A model generated the notes under the pieces. It was given only the letters and a program-made list of their open reading frames with translations. It ran no database searches and was not told the origin of the DNA. DNA of 64,000 nt from an uncultured virus (IMG/VR IMGVR_UViG_3300025398_000930) (lineage: Duplodnaviria; Heunggongvirae; Uroviricota; Caudoviricetes): IMG/VR virus record IMGVR_UViG_3300025398_000930, one strand, 5' to 3'. A program made the translations under genes and the position numbers. Shown in pieces: positions 47,812-58,425 of the stretch (position 1 is its first letter; each line of letters begins with the position of its first letter).

Positions 47812-48727
47812 ATGACTTGAAATACCCAGCTAAAACATCACTATTGGATGTCTTATTAAAAGAAGCTTGCCAATTACTCATTTTATCAATGATGGAATTG
47901 AACTCTAAATCAGTGCAATGAGTAAGAAAGCTACTAAAATCCGCTTTAACGTTTTTTGCATTAAATAGCTGTTCTTCGTAGAGTTTTATCTCGTTTGGAT
48001 GAGTAGCAAACCCGTATGTTAAGCTAACAAGCGGCATATTTAATGAAACTTGTGCGTTACATTGTTCTCGAGATTTAGCATCTCCTGCAACAAATAATTT
48101 TGCTAATTTTTGCCCTCTAACTTTCCCTACTCCTTCGATACCTGGTATATTATCTGATTTATCACCAACTATACACTTGTAATAAAGGAATTCTTTTGGG
48201 TTTAATCCGTAATAATCTTCGAAATTACTAACATCTACAAGAAGCTTTTTAATTGGGCTATATAGGGATATACTCTCATTAACCAATTGTGCAAAATCGT
48301 TATCAACACTAACAATAATTTTCTTTCCTTCTATATTCTCACTTAACCAGCTGATAACATCATCTGCTTCTAATTCTCCAGGAAATATATTCTTTATACC
48401 AAGTGTTTTTGTAATTTTAATGATACCATCAGCATCATCATATACTGCTTTGTTGCGTACTTGATCTCTTCCTGCTTTATATGTGCCTTCCATTAACGTA
48501 TTACGAAAATTAACAGCCCCTTCAGTTAATTTCTTGTCCCAAGCAATATACACGTCATCAGCATTAAACTGATCTACGTATGATTTAATTGTTTTGAGAA
48601 ACGTAAAAGTGCTTCCAACGTTTACACCTTTCGAATTAATTAATTGACGGCCAGTATTATTAGCCACCCAGTGAGTTCGGTGAAGGGTATTATTCCCGTC
48701 GATTAATAGCGTTATTTTTTTGGACAT
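47804..48727 (-). CDS. rnh: 5'-3' flap exonuclease / T4 RNase H-like
   Basis: LIDGNN, YKAGR, EADDVI, SVDNDFAQL and GDKSDNIPGIEGVG. Confidence 0.92.
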   Translation of the reverse strand: MSKKITLLIDGNNTLHRTHWVANNTGRQLINSKGVNVGSTFTFLKTIKSYVDQFNADDVYIAWDKKLTEGAVNFRNTLMEGTYKAGRDQVRNKAVYDDADGIIKITKTLGIKNIFPGELEADDVISWLSENIEGKKIIVSVDNDFAQLVNESISLYSPIKKLLVDVSNFEDYYGLNPKEFLYYKCIVGDKSDNIPGIEGVGKVRGQKLAKLFVAGDAKSREQCNAQVSLNMPLVSLTYGFATHPNEIKLYEEQLFNAKNVKADFSSFLTHCTDLEFNSIIDKMSNWQASFNKTSNSDVLAGYFKSFE

Positions 48728-49034
48728 CGGTGGCTTTAAGGTTGTATTCTGCTAAACAGACATTATATACTTTTTCAGGTAAAACATCTACTGGTTCTAC
48801 AACTTTATTTTGTAACCCCCAAGTAAAATCCTTTAATGGAATAGTACGAATATTTTTATCCGGTAAAGAAAAGAATATAACATTATTCTTTTCTTGTTTT
48901 ATTTTTAAAAACCACTCTCCTTTATATTGTCCTTTAAGAACAATATAAATACGTCTACGTTCTGGTAAAAACTTAAGCTTAAGCTTAGTCAGTATTGTTG
49001 TAACCATACGGATCAGTACCACCGGAGTTGGCAA
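48690..49034 (-). CDS. Hypothetical protein, start uncertain
   Basis: ORF fills the gap in the minus-strand operon. Confidence 0.5.
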   Translation of the reverse strand: MPTPVVLIRMVTTILTKLKLKFLPERRRIYIVLKGQYKGEWFLKIKQEKNNVIFFSLPDKNIRTIPLKDFTWGLQNKVVEPVDVLPEKVYNVCLAEYNLKATDVQKNNAINRRE

Positions 49035-49407
49035 TATTTTGATTGATCTTGTACATTACACGTCTAAAGCGTTCTAATAACGCGTCGTGTTCTGCAGTTG
49101 ATGATGCAGAAACCATTTCAACGGGATTATTATTAATATCATAGCCGATTAGCATAAACGGACCCATAAACTCTTTAATTTGGTTTTCAAGAGCTAAGAT
49201 TTCGTTTTGCTTATCCTTTATAATATTAGTTTTTACTTTAGAAAATTCAATTTGAGCGTGTAGTATTAGATCTCTTATCTTTTTCTGTTCGTCAGATAGA
49301 GTTTCCTTAGGTAATCCTGATGGCAAAGAAGAAGAGTCTAATTTAGCTTTCTTCTTTAGAAAATTCTTTTTAGTAACCTTAGAATCTTTTTGTTCTTTGC
49401 TCACCAT
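48985..49407 (-). CDS. Hypothetical protein
   Basis: 140-aa ORF starting just after the folE stop. Confidence 0.6.
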   Translation of the reverse strand: MVSKEQKDSKVTKKNFLKKKAKLDSSSLPSGLPKETLSDEQKKIRDLILHAQIEFSKVKTNIIKDKQNEILALENQIKEFMGPFMLIGYDINNNPVEMVSASSTAEHDALLERFRRVMYKINQNIANSGGTDPYGYNNTD

Positions 49408-49409
49408 TA

Positions 49410-50069
49410 TTATTTAGTGTCTCGCTCAGCGGAAGCAACAAAATCATAGAACTCTTTACGAGTTTGCGGTTCGTTCATAAAATCCCCTGATAATTTAGAA
49501 GTAATCATAGCACAACCATGATGCTTTACACCACGATGGCAAGCACAGGTATGAGCACACTTAAGAATAACTGCTACACCTTGATTACCAGTACATAGTT
49601 GATCGATAGCTTGATGTACCTGTACTGTTAAGCCTTCTTGTATCTGAGGACGACGTGCATAATGCTCTACGATACGATTTAGCTTAGATAGACCAATAAC
49701 TTGACCGTTTTTATCTGGTAAATAAGCTACGTGAGCAACACCAGTAAAAGCTAAATGGTGATGAGAGCACATAGACACTACAGGTATGTTCATTTGACTA
49801 ACAATGCCATCATAACCGTCTGAAGGGAACGTAGTAATCTTTGGTGGTCCCTCGTAGCAACCTTTAATAAGATCGCATACATATGCTTTAGCTACACGAC
49901 GAGGTGTATCGGCACTGTTGACGTCATTACGCCAATCAATACGTAAAGCATCAAGGAACGTTGAATAAGCTTCAGTCGCTTTATCAATAATAGCTTTCCT
50001 ATCTTCTTCTGTAGTAATCATACTACTATTAGCTGTAGGAAGCGTTGGGTGTTTAATCTCTTGTGACAT
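49410..50069 (-). CDS. folE: GTP cyclohydrolase I
   Basis: DTPRRVAK, SMCSHH, GLSKLNRIV..ARRPQIQE and HTCACHRGV. Confidence 0.96.
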   Translation of the reverse strand: MSQEIKHPTLPTANSSMITTEEDRKAIIDKATEAYSTFLDALRIDWRNDVNSADTPRRVAKAYVCDLIKGCYEGPPKITTFPSDGYDGIVSQMNIPVVSMCSHHHLAFTGVAHVAYLPDKNGQVIGLSKLNRIVEHYARRPQIQEGLTVQVHQAIDQLCTGNQGVAVILKCAHTCACHRGVKHHGCAMITSKLSGDFMNEPQTRKEFYDFVASAERDTK

Positions 50070-50078
50070 ATTTAAAAA

Positions 50079-50402
50079 TTATCGTGTTTGATATAGTTCA
50101 GTTTTATTGTTAATTCCGTATTTTACTAAATAGCTTATTATAACCTCAATTGAGTCGGTTTTCAACTTAAACTTTTCAGGAATAAATTGTCCACCATCAT
50201 AAAACTCAAAAAACGTTTCTCCAAACATACCTTCATGGTTAACATAGCAGGTACAAAATACTGATGCATTACCTGGATCAATCATAACAGTCCAGGAACG
50301 AGGATCAGCTTCTCCGTATTCATCAAAAATCTTATAGACCATGTAACCAGAGTCTTTAAGTCTTTTTATAAAATAGCTTTGAGTTGTTAATTTATTAGCC
50401 AT
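50079..50402 (-). CDS. Hypothetical protein
   Basis: 107-aa ORF coupled to the clamp gene. Confidence 0.65.
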   Translation of the reverse strand: MANKLTTQSYFIKRLKDSGYMVYKIFDEYGEADPRSWTVMIDPGNASVFCTCYVNHEGMFGETFFEFYDGGQFIPEKFKLKTDSIEVIISYLVKYGINNKTELYQTR

Positions 50403-51136
50403 TATTTAACTAACCCCGATATAATAAACTTAAATTCAGTTTCAGGTGTAGGTTTTACATAGAATGACATAATCTTTAATTTAAGATTAATACCCACTCT
50501 TGCAGTATCAAATTTTACGCCTGTTAATACTCTAAAAATATCTAAATTAAATGGTATTACTTGTGTTAGTGGTTGACCTTCTATTCTATCAGTTACTTTA
50601 AGTGATACGCTATCAGTATTAGCAGATTCTTTATCACCTAATTCGCAATACACTCCATCAGGTTGACCGTATAGGTATATCTTGTTAGTTTCAGTAGTAA
50701 AGGAACTTGCTTTAAGTATTTCTTGTAGTTTTCTATACTCAATATCAAAAAAAGTATCGAGTTGTAAAGCCTCTACTTTATCTTTCTTAATTGAAGCCTT
50801 AGGAACAGCTGTATCATCTAAAAAGTGATATTTAAATTGAATAGAATCAGATTTATGTAAAAGGTGATTACTATTAATTTTAAAAGTAATATTATCATCT
50901 TCAATACAGTCTACAACTCTTAAGAGTTTCTTAATATCACCTATATTGAGGGATTGTTCCGTTTCAACATCTAAAGCACAGTTGTATTTACCTAATAAGA
51001 TAATACTTGTATCAGGTTTATTACATAGTACATACAGGCCTTCTTTAGTGACCTTAATACATGCTACGTCTACAGCTTTACTGATAATGTTTAAAAAATT
51101 ATCGGCAAAATCTTTTTTAGCCAGCTTGAGTTCCAT
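50402..51136 (-). CDS. Sliding clamp (gp45-like)
   Basis: 244 aa, two-domain clamp-like pattern (IGDIKKLL, FKYHF), located in the replication cluster. Confidence 0.55.
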   Translation of the reverse strand: MELKLAKKDFADNFLNIISKAVDVACIKVTKEGLYVLCNKPDTSIILLGKYNCALDVETEQSLNIGDIKKLLRVVDCIEDDNITFKINSNHLLHKSDSIQFKYHFLDDTAVPKASIKKDKVEALQLDTFFDIEYRKLQEILKASSFTTETNKIYLYGQPDGVYCELGDKESANTDSVSLKVTDRIEGQPLTQVIPFNLDIFRVLTGVKFDTARVGINLKLKIMSFYVKPTPETEFKFIISGLVK

Positions 51137-51716
51137 TTGTTATCTTCGGTTTTTTTTTATTATTAGCGTCAACTAACATGTTAATTTTATCTGTTAACAT
51201 ATTAACCTTATTCTCTAATTTATCAATAGCGTTTATGATATCTTCATAACGAGCTTGTTTGTTTAAGTCGAACTCAAGTTGATTAGGATCAAAAAACGGT
51301 TGTTCAACCGGTTGTACTTGTTGTTGTACTATTGGTGGTGTAAAGAGTTGAGGTGCTGGTTGTTGAACAGCTTGAGGTGCAGGCTGAGGTATATATGGTT
51401 GTTGTACTGGTTGTGGTGGTCGTTGAGGTGTTTGAACTACTCCCATAGCCTTAGCAATACCTGAAGGCATTACTTTAGACATATCCACATCAGTAACCTT
51501 TAAGGAATCACCGATAGCATTCTTTTTAATGCCACCGATATCATTAGACACCATTTTACCAAGCATAGCAATAGCAATCATTTGCTCTTGCGTTAAGCCT
51601 TGAGTTTGAGCAGCTAATTGTTCAGCTTCAGCATCAGACATAGCAGGTGCAGCAGGTCTTTGTTGGACCTGCTGACGTGCTTGCATAATTTGCTGTCTTC
51701 TTTGTTCTTCAGTCAT
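51117..51716 (-). CDS. Q/P-rich hypothetical protein
   Basis: 199 aa; contains QLEF, a possible clamp-binding-type motif, and a C-terminal coiled coil. Confidence 0.6.
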   Translation of the reverse strand: MTEEQRRQQIMQARQQVQQRPAAPAMSDAEAEQLAAQTQGLTQEQMIAIAMLGKMVSNDIGGIKKNAIGDSLKVTDVDMSKVMPSGIAKAMGVVQTPQRPPQPVQQPYIPQPAPQAVQQPAPQLFTPPIVQQQVQPVEQPFFDPNQLEFDLNKQARYEDIINAIDKLENKVNMLTDKINMLVDANNKKKPKITNGTQAG

Positions 51717-51721
51717 TTAGA

Positions 51722-52639
51722 TTATAAGTCGTCAAGACCATCAAGAAGCGCTTTCACTTTGTCATCGCTTGCGTCTGTATCTTCTGATACAGCAGCTTTA
51801 ACCGGTGCCTTAGCAACAGCTTTTACTGCTGTCTTAGGTGCTGGTGTATCATATGGAACATCATCTTCCTCTTCTACTGCAGGTGTTGCAACAGGAGCTG
51901 CTTCTTCACCGTAGTAATGAGTATCAATAAACGTTTGTAATTCAGCTGGTGTCTTGTGTTCTACAAAGGTATCGAGATCAAAGATACTATCATAAATGTT
52001 CTGAATCTTATCTTCATCTAAACCTTCAATAGCAGAAGGTGCTAAGAATTTAGAAGCTGTATAAGTTGGGTACTTAGGTGCACCTGGCTTATCAGATACT
52101 AATTCCGCTTTAATACGTAAGTTACAACCGCTTTCGCTTAAGTCGAAGATCTTTGCACCGAATTCGGTAGAATCATCACCACTAATAGCTGATTCAATGA
52201 TCTTGTTTAATTGTTTACCGAAACGTAATACTTTAACAGTACCGTTGTTTTCTGGTGTTACAGGATCATTAACTACATAAACATTAACGTACCAGTTTTC
52301 TTTACGGCGTAGATTAGCTTTAGCACGTTCTTGTTCTTCTGGTGTACCACTACGTAGTACTTTAAAGTATAGTTCACTGATAGGGCAACGTTCACCCCAA
52401 GTAGAAGGAGATGTTACACTAACATATTGACCGGTTGCGATACTGTTCCAACCGTGATGAAAGTAATGTAGGAATGTTTCACCTGGATTTTTGATATTAG
52501 GTAGTAAACGTACTACATAATTACCTGGTTTAGCAATAGAAAAGATATTCTTGTAATTGCCACCGGTTTGTTTGGTTTTGGCAGACTCAAGAGCATTCTT
52601 GATACTGTCAAACATATTTGCGTTAAACGTAGGTTTCAT
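51722..52639 (-). CDS. Single-stranded DNA-binding protein (gp32-like)
   Basis: VRLLP, CPI, YVNVYVVNDPVTPENNG.VK..FGK, FD...G.N..K, YTASKF and an acidic tail ending LLDGLDDL. Confidence 0.9.
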   Translation of the reverse strand: MKPTFNANMFDSIKNALESAKTKQTGGNYKNIFSIAKPGNYVVRLLPNIKNPGETFLHYFHHGWNSIATGQYVSVTSPSTWGERCPISELYFKVLRSGTPEEQERAKANLRRKENWYVNVYVVNDPVTPENNGTVKVLRFGKQLNKIIESAISGDDSTEFGAKIFDLSESGCNLRIKAELVSDKPGAPKYPTYTASKFLAPSAIEGLDEDKIQNIYDSIFDLDTFVEHKTPAELQTFIDTHYYGEEAAPVATPAVEEEDDVPYDTPAPKTAVKAVAKAPVKAAVSEDTDASDDKVKALLDGLDDL

Positions 52640-52651
52640 AGTCGTATTGTG

Positions 52652-52679
52652 ATTTTAGTTTATATTTTAGTTTTATCAA
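52652..52679 (-). promoter_or_regulatory. Sigma70-like promoter with 16-bp spacer
   Basis: TTGATA-N16-TAAAAT upstream of the SSB gene. Confidence 0.55.
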
Positions 52680-53316
52680 TAGTATTTGTAGTTTTTATTA
52701 TTAATTTGAGACCTTCGTCGATAAGGTTCTTTGCTTTAGTGGATGTATTCAATCTCATTTTGTATTTCGAAATGTTATTGGCTACGTCTTTCAAGTAAAG
52801 TTCTTTATCTTGAGGGTTAAGAGAGTTTAGCTGAGTTTCAAAGAAAGGCAACTTAATTAACACATATATGTTGATTAGTTTGTTGTTGTAGTCGTTAAAC
52901 GACTTGTATGTATATCCTTCTTTAGTTTTACAGTACTGATTAAATGTAATCTTTTGTTCTAAGCACGTTGTAGCAATATGCTTTAAAGATTTCTTAATAT
53001 TAGCGATTTGATCCGGTGTGTCAGGTAGTTCTTCTGACTTCTGCTTTAAGACTGTAGTGTATATTGCAATAGCTTTCTGGGTAGTATAAAAATTAAGAGG
53101 GAAATGCTCTTCATCTTTATAAGCAATATACGGAGCTTTAAAGAATTCTTTAGGATCTATTTGTGGGAATTTCTTAAAAAACAATTCCAATCTCTTGCAA
53201 ATAAACCCATCTGGTGTTTTATCAAACCCTTCAAAATCTTGCCGTGCCTTCCAGGGCTTATTCAAAGAGCCACGGGAAATGCTTAGGTATGTGTTATAAA
53301 TTTGCGGAACGTTCAT
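52660..53316 (-). CDS. Hypothetical protein, possible gp59-like helicase loader
   Basis: 218-aa basic protein directly upstream of the gp32-like gene, as gene 59 is in T4; based on synteny and size only. Confidence 0.4.
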   Translation of the reverse strand: MNVPQIYNTYLSISRGSLNKPWKARQDFEGFDKTPDGFICKRLELFFKKFPQIDPKEFFKAPYIAYKDEEHFPLNFYTTQKAIAIYTTVLKQKSEELPDTPDQIANIKKSLKHIATTCLEQKITFNQYCKTKEGYTYKSFNDYNNKLINIYVLIKLPFFETQLNSLNPQDKELYLKDVANNISKYKMRLNTSTKAKNLIDEGLKLIIKTTNTIDKTKI

Positions 53317-53321
53317 TAGTA

Positions 53322-53618
53322 CTACGATTGTAGTACCTCTTTCACAACTTTGCTACGGCAAAGGTTAGAATTATACCGTAAAAATAGCATTATTGCTTCT
53401 TTTTCATTCTCTACTTGAATCATCCGCATGTATATCTTTTTGTAAATCTTGTTCTTAACAATTAACGAAAAGACTGTTACATTATTAAGTTTTTTATTAT
53501 GAATGATAGAACAAAACGAACTGAATTTCAATAGCTCTGTTTCAATTTCGTCCTCAATAAGCACATCAAGTGGATTGCTAAGCACTGCTTGTTCTAATGC
53601 ACCTATTACACCGGACAT
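53322..53618 (-). CDS. Hypothetical protein
   Basis: 98-aa ORF in the operon. Confidence 0.55.
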   Translation of the reverse strand: MSGVIGALEQAVLSNPLDVLIEDEIETELLKFSSFCSIIHNKKLNNVTVFSLIVKNKIYKKIYMRMIQVENEKEAIMLFLRYNSNLCRSKVVKEVLQS

Positions 53619-53619
53619 A

Positions 53620-54555
53620 TTATTTTACAATGGGGGTTAATTGTTTAACAAATTCCATGAAAGTATCAGTAATTTTACCTCCAGCTGCATACTCATGGCC
53701 ACCACCTTCGCACAACTTGTTAGCAAGTTTTGACATATCTACATTACATCCTTTTTTCTTTCTAAAAGATACATGCTGATTGTTAGTGTTAACGAAAAAC
53801 ACAACATCTGAATCATGCTTTTTAATTAAAAAGTCACACACGTCATTAACGTACTTGGTGCCTGTTGTACCAGTAATCTTTACGTCTTGTTTACTGATAC
53901 TAACGTTACCTGAAAATACTTGTAGAGCTTTAATAGCTGCATCTCTTCCGGTAATATATTCTTTAATTATATTAAGCTCTTGTTTATTGAAACCATTATA
54001 ACCATTGTAAAAACGTTCAACAAATTTATCTGTACGAGTCTTATCTAAAGTCTTTTGTGTATTTGTTAATAAGCAATTTAAGTTATAAGAGTCGTCCAAC
54101 TTAAATTGATAACTGTCGTAATCATCTGCTAATGCTATTAGTAGTTTTTGTTCTGCAGTTAATACCTTTTCAAACCCAGGTATCAATGTCTTAAAGTGTT
54201 TATAGATTTGCTTAGCACAAGACGTAAACTCAATAACGTTTAATTTAGCGTTCTTGTATGCACCTTTCTCTATAGCCTGTACATGAGTAAGATGATGATC
54301 TATAATAGTAACATTTGGTTTGTCAATTAAGTCAGCACAATTGCTTGTGTCGAGGTCTAAAAAATATACCCCATCATAATTGCTAAAATTATCTTCCTCT
54401 AACCACCTTAACAACTCTCTTCTTAAGTTACTGATAGTAGTAGCTTTGTATTTTAAATCGCCAATTTTAGCATTAAGTCCCCAGTGTAGTGCCAATAAGC
54501 TTGTGGAGCCATCTAAATCGATGTCTGTAAAAACGTATATGTTCTTGGCACTCAT
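53620..54555 (-). CDS. DHH/DHHA1 family phosphoesterase
   Basis: DIDLDG, FLDL, IIDHH, SFR and GGGHEYAAGG. Confidence 0.9.
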   Translation of the reverse strand: MSAKNIYVFTDIDLDGSTSLLALHWGLNAKIGDLKYKATTISNLRRELLRWLEEDNFSNYDGVYFLDLDTSNCADLIDKPNVTIIDHHLTHVQAIEKGAYKNAKLNVIEFTSCAKQIYKHFKTLIPGFEKVLTAEQKLLIALADDYDSYQFKLDDSYNLNCLLTNTQKTLDKTRTDKFVERFYNGYNGFNKQELNIIKEYITGRDAAIKALQVFSGNVSISKQDVKITGTTGTKYVNDVCDFLIKKHDSDVVFFVNTNNQHVSFRKKKGCNVDMSKLANKLCEGGGHEYAAGGKITDTFMEFVKQLTPIVK

Positions 54556-54569
54556 AAGACTTATTTAAC

Positions 54570-55913
54570 TTACTTGCCTATTTTTTCAAGTCTTCTTTCC
54601 AAACTTGTCATTTCATCGGCATCACTATCGTTATTGGCAAGGCCGATATAGTCTTTTTCTTCTGAAAGTGATAATGTATTATAATCAATTCTCATTGCTG
54701 TTGCTCCATGTTTAGGTCCAACACGATTCTTAATACCACCGACTTTAATAATGCCAAGCTCTTGATCCCCTTCATCTTGATGAATAGACCAAACAACGTC
54801 TGCAGTAAACGCAACACCTAAAGATTCACTTACGGTATCCAGGCTTGGTTTCTCCATACCTTCACGGTTAGTTTGAATAGCACTCACTATAGGTATACTA
54901 AAGAAGTAAGAAAGAGCTCTTAAGTCTTCTGCTGTAGATTTGCCTTGCTCGTAAGAGTTATCACCGCTACTCGCCTTTATCAGTCCAAGATAGTCTATCA
55001 CCAGTATATCCGGTTTTATCCCACTCTTTACTAAAGACTCAAGATAGGCTCTAATACCACCTATAGTAATGGATTTCGGTGGGAATTCTTTAATAATTAA
55101 CTTTTGTTTACGTTGTTCAGATACCTCTTGAAAGTAGCTTTCTAAAGGTTTAATCTGTTGCTGGATATCTTTAATAGGTATTTTTGATAGATGTGAACTA
55201 ATACGTTTAGCATACATCATTTCAGGCATTTCAAGAGAAATAAGAACAGTAGTTAACCCACGTTCAGCCATATTAGAAGCAATATTACCTAAGAAGATAG
55301 ACTTACCGACGTTAGTAGGTCCTAAGAACAAGTAAAGTGCTCTTCCTCTCTTAGATAAACCACCCCCAATTTTATCATCTAAGAACTTCCACCCTGTAGG
55401 TATAGTCTCATTAGGTGTACCAAGCTCGTCAATAATCTTTTGATACTGACCGTAAAAATCTAAACCAATATCGTTAATAAGTGTAACGTTACATGCTTTC
55501 TCAAACATTTTGAGAAATTTACCGTAATCAGCTTTATCATTAGTTACATCATCAACAATTTTTAATACAGCGTTATAAACGTTCTTTTCTTTAAAGTACG
55601 TTTCTGTGTTCTGTACTAACTCATCAAAATTACCTTGTAGGTCAATTTGCTTATAACTAATGAGTGTGTCTTTAATTAGCTTAGCTTCGTCTTCTTTCTT
55701 TATATAAGTCTTAATCTCAGTTACAGTAGGTAGTGCTTTACGTTTAGCGTAAAAGTCTTTTATAATACCCACTATGAGTTTATTACCCGCAGACTTAAAG
55801 TTCTCAGGGTTTAAATGCTCATATACTAAAGAAGTGTAATATGCATTAGTCAGTGCTTGACATGCAATCACGTTTTCGAAATATTCTGCGTTTACTTGAA
55901 GTTTATTCTTCAC
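54570..55913 (-). CDS. Replicative DnaB-like helicase (gp41-like)
   Basis: GPTNVGKS, SLEM, IKEFP, IDYL, SAIQTNR, VSES and KNR. Confidence 0.93.
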   Translation of the reverse strand: MKNKLQVNAEYFENVIACQALTNAYYTSLVYEHLNPENFKSAGNKLIVGIIKDFYAKRKALPTVTEIKTYIKKEDEAKLIKDTLISYKQIDLQGNFDELVQNTETYFKEKNVYNAVLKIVDDVTNDKADYGKFLKMFEKACNVTLINDIGLDFYGQYQKIIDELGTPNETIPTGWKFLDDKIGGGLSKRGRALYLFLGPTNVGKSIFLGNIASNMAERGLTTVLISLEMPEMMYAKRISSHLSKIPIKDIQQQIKPLESYFQEVSEQRKQKLIIKEFPPKSITIGGIRAYLESLVKSGIKPDILVIDYLGLIKASSGDNSYEQGKSTAEDLRALSYFFSIPIVSAIQTNREGMEKPSLDTVSESLGVAFTADVVWSIHQDEGDQELGIIKVGGIKNRVGPKHGATAMRIDYNTLSLSEEKDYIGLANNDSDADEMTSLERRLEKIGK

Positions 55914-55936
55914 TTTTTTATTATAATATATAAAAT

Positions 55937-55967
55937 AAAAAAAGCTAAGGTTTCCCTTAGCTTTTTT
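55937..55967 (-). terminator. Intrinsic terminator, bidirectional shape
   Basis: AAAAAAAGCTAAGG-TTTC-CCTTAGCTTTTTT. Confidence 0.85.
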
Positions 55968-55969
55968 GT

Positions 55970-57115
55970 TTATTCAGCTGTTTCAGCTTCGATTTTATCT
56001 TCTAATGGCGGGGCATCAAGCGCACCACCATAACGAACCTTTTCTTTCAAAGTATTTTCCAGTAAAGGAATAACTTTCTTTTCCCAGAACTCAGTATCGT
56101 TTTCCCATGTCTTTCTGTAGCCGATCTTCTCTCCATTTAACTGGAATGTAGAACCGGTTTGAGTTATAACACCAAACGCTACTGCCATATCAGCTAAACC
56201 AGCATAACGAGTTAATCCTGTACGGAAGTTGTTATACAATTCAGCTTTTAGGAAAGGGGGTGCAAAGCGGTTCTTAACTGTCATTGCTGACAGAGTGACA
56301 CCGCTTACGTTGTGGGCTACTGCTATTGCTTCTTCTCCTTCGTTTTTGTCGATCTTTTCGTTTCGAGTCGCAAGCTGTACGAGCAGAGAAGCAAGATAAA
56401 TAGGGCCACTACCACCGGATTGACGCTTAACCAGTTCAGGATAGAGTGAAGTTGGGTTGTCATAAATGTGATTAGTAAACAGAATAGGCACACGAGCTTT
56501 AGCTGCTTTAAAAGTTAAAGCACGCATCATAGATTTCATTGCTTTAGCTTTTGTACCCATATCTGCTGCATCCTTACCTTCAGTAACGTCGCGAAGCTCT
56601 TTTGCGCTTGCTAAGTTACCAAGACTATCAATAGCGATAATAACCTTTAAATTAGGATCATTAGCTGCAATAATCTTATCTAAGAATGTAGCGATTTGGT
56701 TACGACAATCTTCTACTGTTTCTACTGGATAGTATTTTAAGCGTTTTGGATCAATACCAACACCTTCAGCAGATTGCTTGTCTACTGCTGCTTCCGTGTC
56801 CCATACTGCAGCAAAGTAGCCTTTCTTTTGAGCGTTCGCAATGATCTTATTAACAATAAGCGTCTTACCCGCACCGGAAGGCCCGGAAAAACCAGTAACC
56901 CTACCAACAGGAATACCCTTGTAAAGAGATCCAGAAAAGATAGCATTAAGTGCATAAGAGCCAGTGTCAATCCAATCGCTTACAATAGATAAAGAATTAT
57001 CTTCAGAAAGCATCGATGCATCTTGATTCAATGCATCAACAGCTTCAAAGATATCTTTTAACGATGAAGCTTTCGTTTCGTCGTTATTATTTTCTGTACG
57101 TGGTTTACGTGCCAT
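55970..57115 (-). CDS. uvsX: RecA/UvsX recombinase
   Basis: DTGSYALN, GPSGAGKT, DTE, IDSLGNL, NHIY, SGG and KNRF. Confidence 0.93.
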   Translation of the reverse strand: MARKPRTENNNDETKASSLKDIFEAVDALNQDASMLSEDNSLSIVSDWIDTGSYALNAIFSGSLYKGIPVGRVTGFSGPSGAGKTLIVNKIIANAQKKGYFAAVWDTEAAVDKQSAEGVGIDPKRLKYYPVETVEDCRNQIATFLDKIIAANDPNLKVIIAIDSLGNLASAKELRDVTEGKDAADMGTKAKAMKSMMRALTFKAAKARVPILFTNHIYDNPTSLYPELVKRQSGGSGPIYLASLLVQLATRNEKIDKNEGEEAIAVAHNVSGVTLSAMTVKNRFAPPFLKAELYNNFRTGLTRYAGLADMAVAFGVITQTGSTFQLNGEKIGYRKTWENDTEFWEKKVIPLLENTLKEKVRYGGALDAPPLEDKIEAETAE

Positions 57116-57120
57116 ATATA

Positions 57121-57468
57121 TTAGTTACCGTCAGCGTCAAATAGCTTAATGGTAGGAGCAGCTTGATTCTGAGCTGGTTTAAACATTTCAGTATATTGTG
57201 CAGTAAGATTAGGTTCAAGACTAAGGTTACCGGTTAATACGATTGCTGATTTGCTATAAGTCCAGTTAGGAAAAGAATCACGGTCAGCGAAAAACTCTCT
57301 AAACATTAAAGGGTATAGCTGTACTGAAAGTTTCTTGTCCTGTGTTGGTGTTACATTAAGGATAGCTGGTTTAGTGACAGTAATAGTACTATCATCACCA
57401 CTTACGTATGTAGCAACAATTGTGCGTTGAATATTATCAAGGAATACTATGATTTGATCTTGGTTCAT
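57121..57468 (-). CDS. Hypothetical protein
   Basis: 115-aa ORF with its own promoter. Confidence 0.65.
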   Translation of the reverse strand: MNQDQIIVFLDNIQRTIVATYVSGDDSTITVTKPAILNVTPTQDKKLSVQLYPLMFREFFADRDSFPNWTYSKSAIVLTGNLSLEPNLTAQYTEMFKPAQNQAAPTIKLFDADGN

Positions 57469-57474
57469 ATGTTT

Positions 57475-57502
57475 ATATTAATATAGTTTTTGTTTTAATC
57501 AA
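57475..57502 (-). promoter_or_regulatory. Sigma70-like promoter with 16-bp spacer
   Basis: TTGATT-N16-TAATAT, 6 nt before ATG 57468. Confidence 0.5.
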
Positions 57503-57504
57503 GG

Positions 57505-58425
57505 TTACTGACGAGGAAACTTAAAATAAGGTGCTTTCGCGTTAATAAGATACTTGTTAAGTAGTTTCTTGTGAGATGCACGAGTAGGAACAATATCCCA
57601 ACCACCACGTCTTGCATAGTAGCAAGTTACCATAAGTTCTTCGGGTTGTAATAAGTCCCATAAACGTTTATAAGCAGCTTCACAAATTTCTTCATGGAAG
57701 TGACATTCATTACGGAATGAAACGATCCACTCTAATAGAGACTGTTCTGTTACTGCTTTATTACCTTTATAATAAATAAAAATATCACCTGAATCTGGTT
57801 GCTTTGTAATCTTACAGTTAGAACGTAACAGAGTACTCATATAGAAGTGCTGTTCTGTTGATTCAGTATCATTAGCTACTAATAGGTCAGCATTCTCATT
57901 AAATACAGTAAACTTAATCTTTTCTGCACTCTTAATTTGTTCTAAAGGTTTCCATATTAAAGAATGATGATCCTGTAACCAAGTCTTTCTATCTTCTTCA
58001 GTACTATCGTCAGTTACCTGAGAAAATAGTTCTACTTTAACATCAGTCTCTAATAATAAAGACAAGTCTTTAGAAGCTGTTTGCTTAATATTCTTAAGCA
58101 CTTCTTTAGTATTTTTACCCATTTTTTGCATATTAAATGAGTTCCAATAAAGCTTCATTGACTTAGACTCTACAATGAAATCATTCTCAGCAGAATAAAC
58201 TACTTTAGCAACACAAGTAACAGGTAAACCGTTATCTGTTAATGCACTACATTCATAACCGTTCCAAATATCATAACCCATGAAAGGTAGAAACCCGTTC
58301 TTAAGGTCAAGATAGGTACGGTTACGTTGGCGCTCTTCACGCACCAAAATCTCTGGTGTATAAGTGGTAGGAGAGTCAACTCTCTGACCAAGTACTTTGT
58401 CAATATTATTAGTATTATAGCTCAT
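57505..58425 (-). CDS. queF: NADPH-dependent preQ0 reductase, two-domain QueF
   Basis: GYDIWNGYECS, QueF motif VESKSMKLYWNSF, catalytic LRSNCKITKQPD, SFR...FHEE, YARRGG and terminal RQ. Confidence 0.95.
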   Translation of the reverse strand: MSYNTNNIDKVLGQRVDSPTTYTPEILVREERQRNRTYLDLKNGFLPFMGYDIWNGYECSALTDNGLPVTCVAKVVYSAENDFIVESKSMKLYWNSFNMQKMGKNTKEVLKNIKQTASKDLSLLLETDVKVELFSQVTDDSTEEDRKTWLQDHHSLIWKPLEQIKSAEKIKFTVFNENADLLVANDTESTEQHFYMSTLLRSNCKITKQPDSGDIFIYYKGNKAVTEQSLLEWIVSFRNECHFHEEICEAAYKRLWDLLQPEELMVTCYYARRGGWDIVPTRASHKKLLNKYLINAKAPYFKFPRQ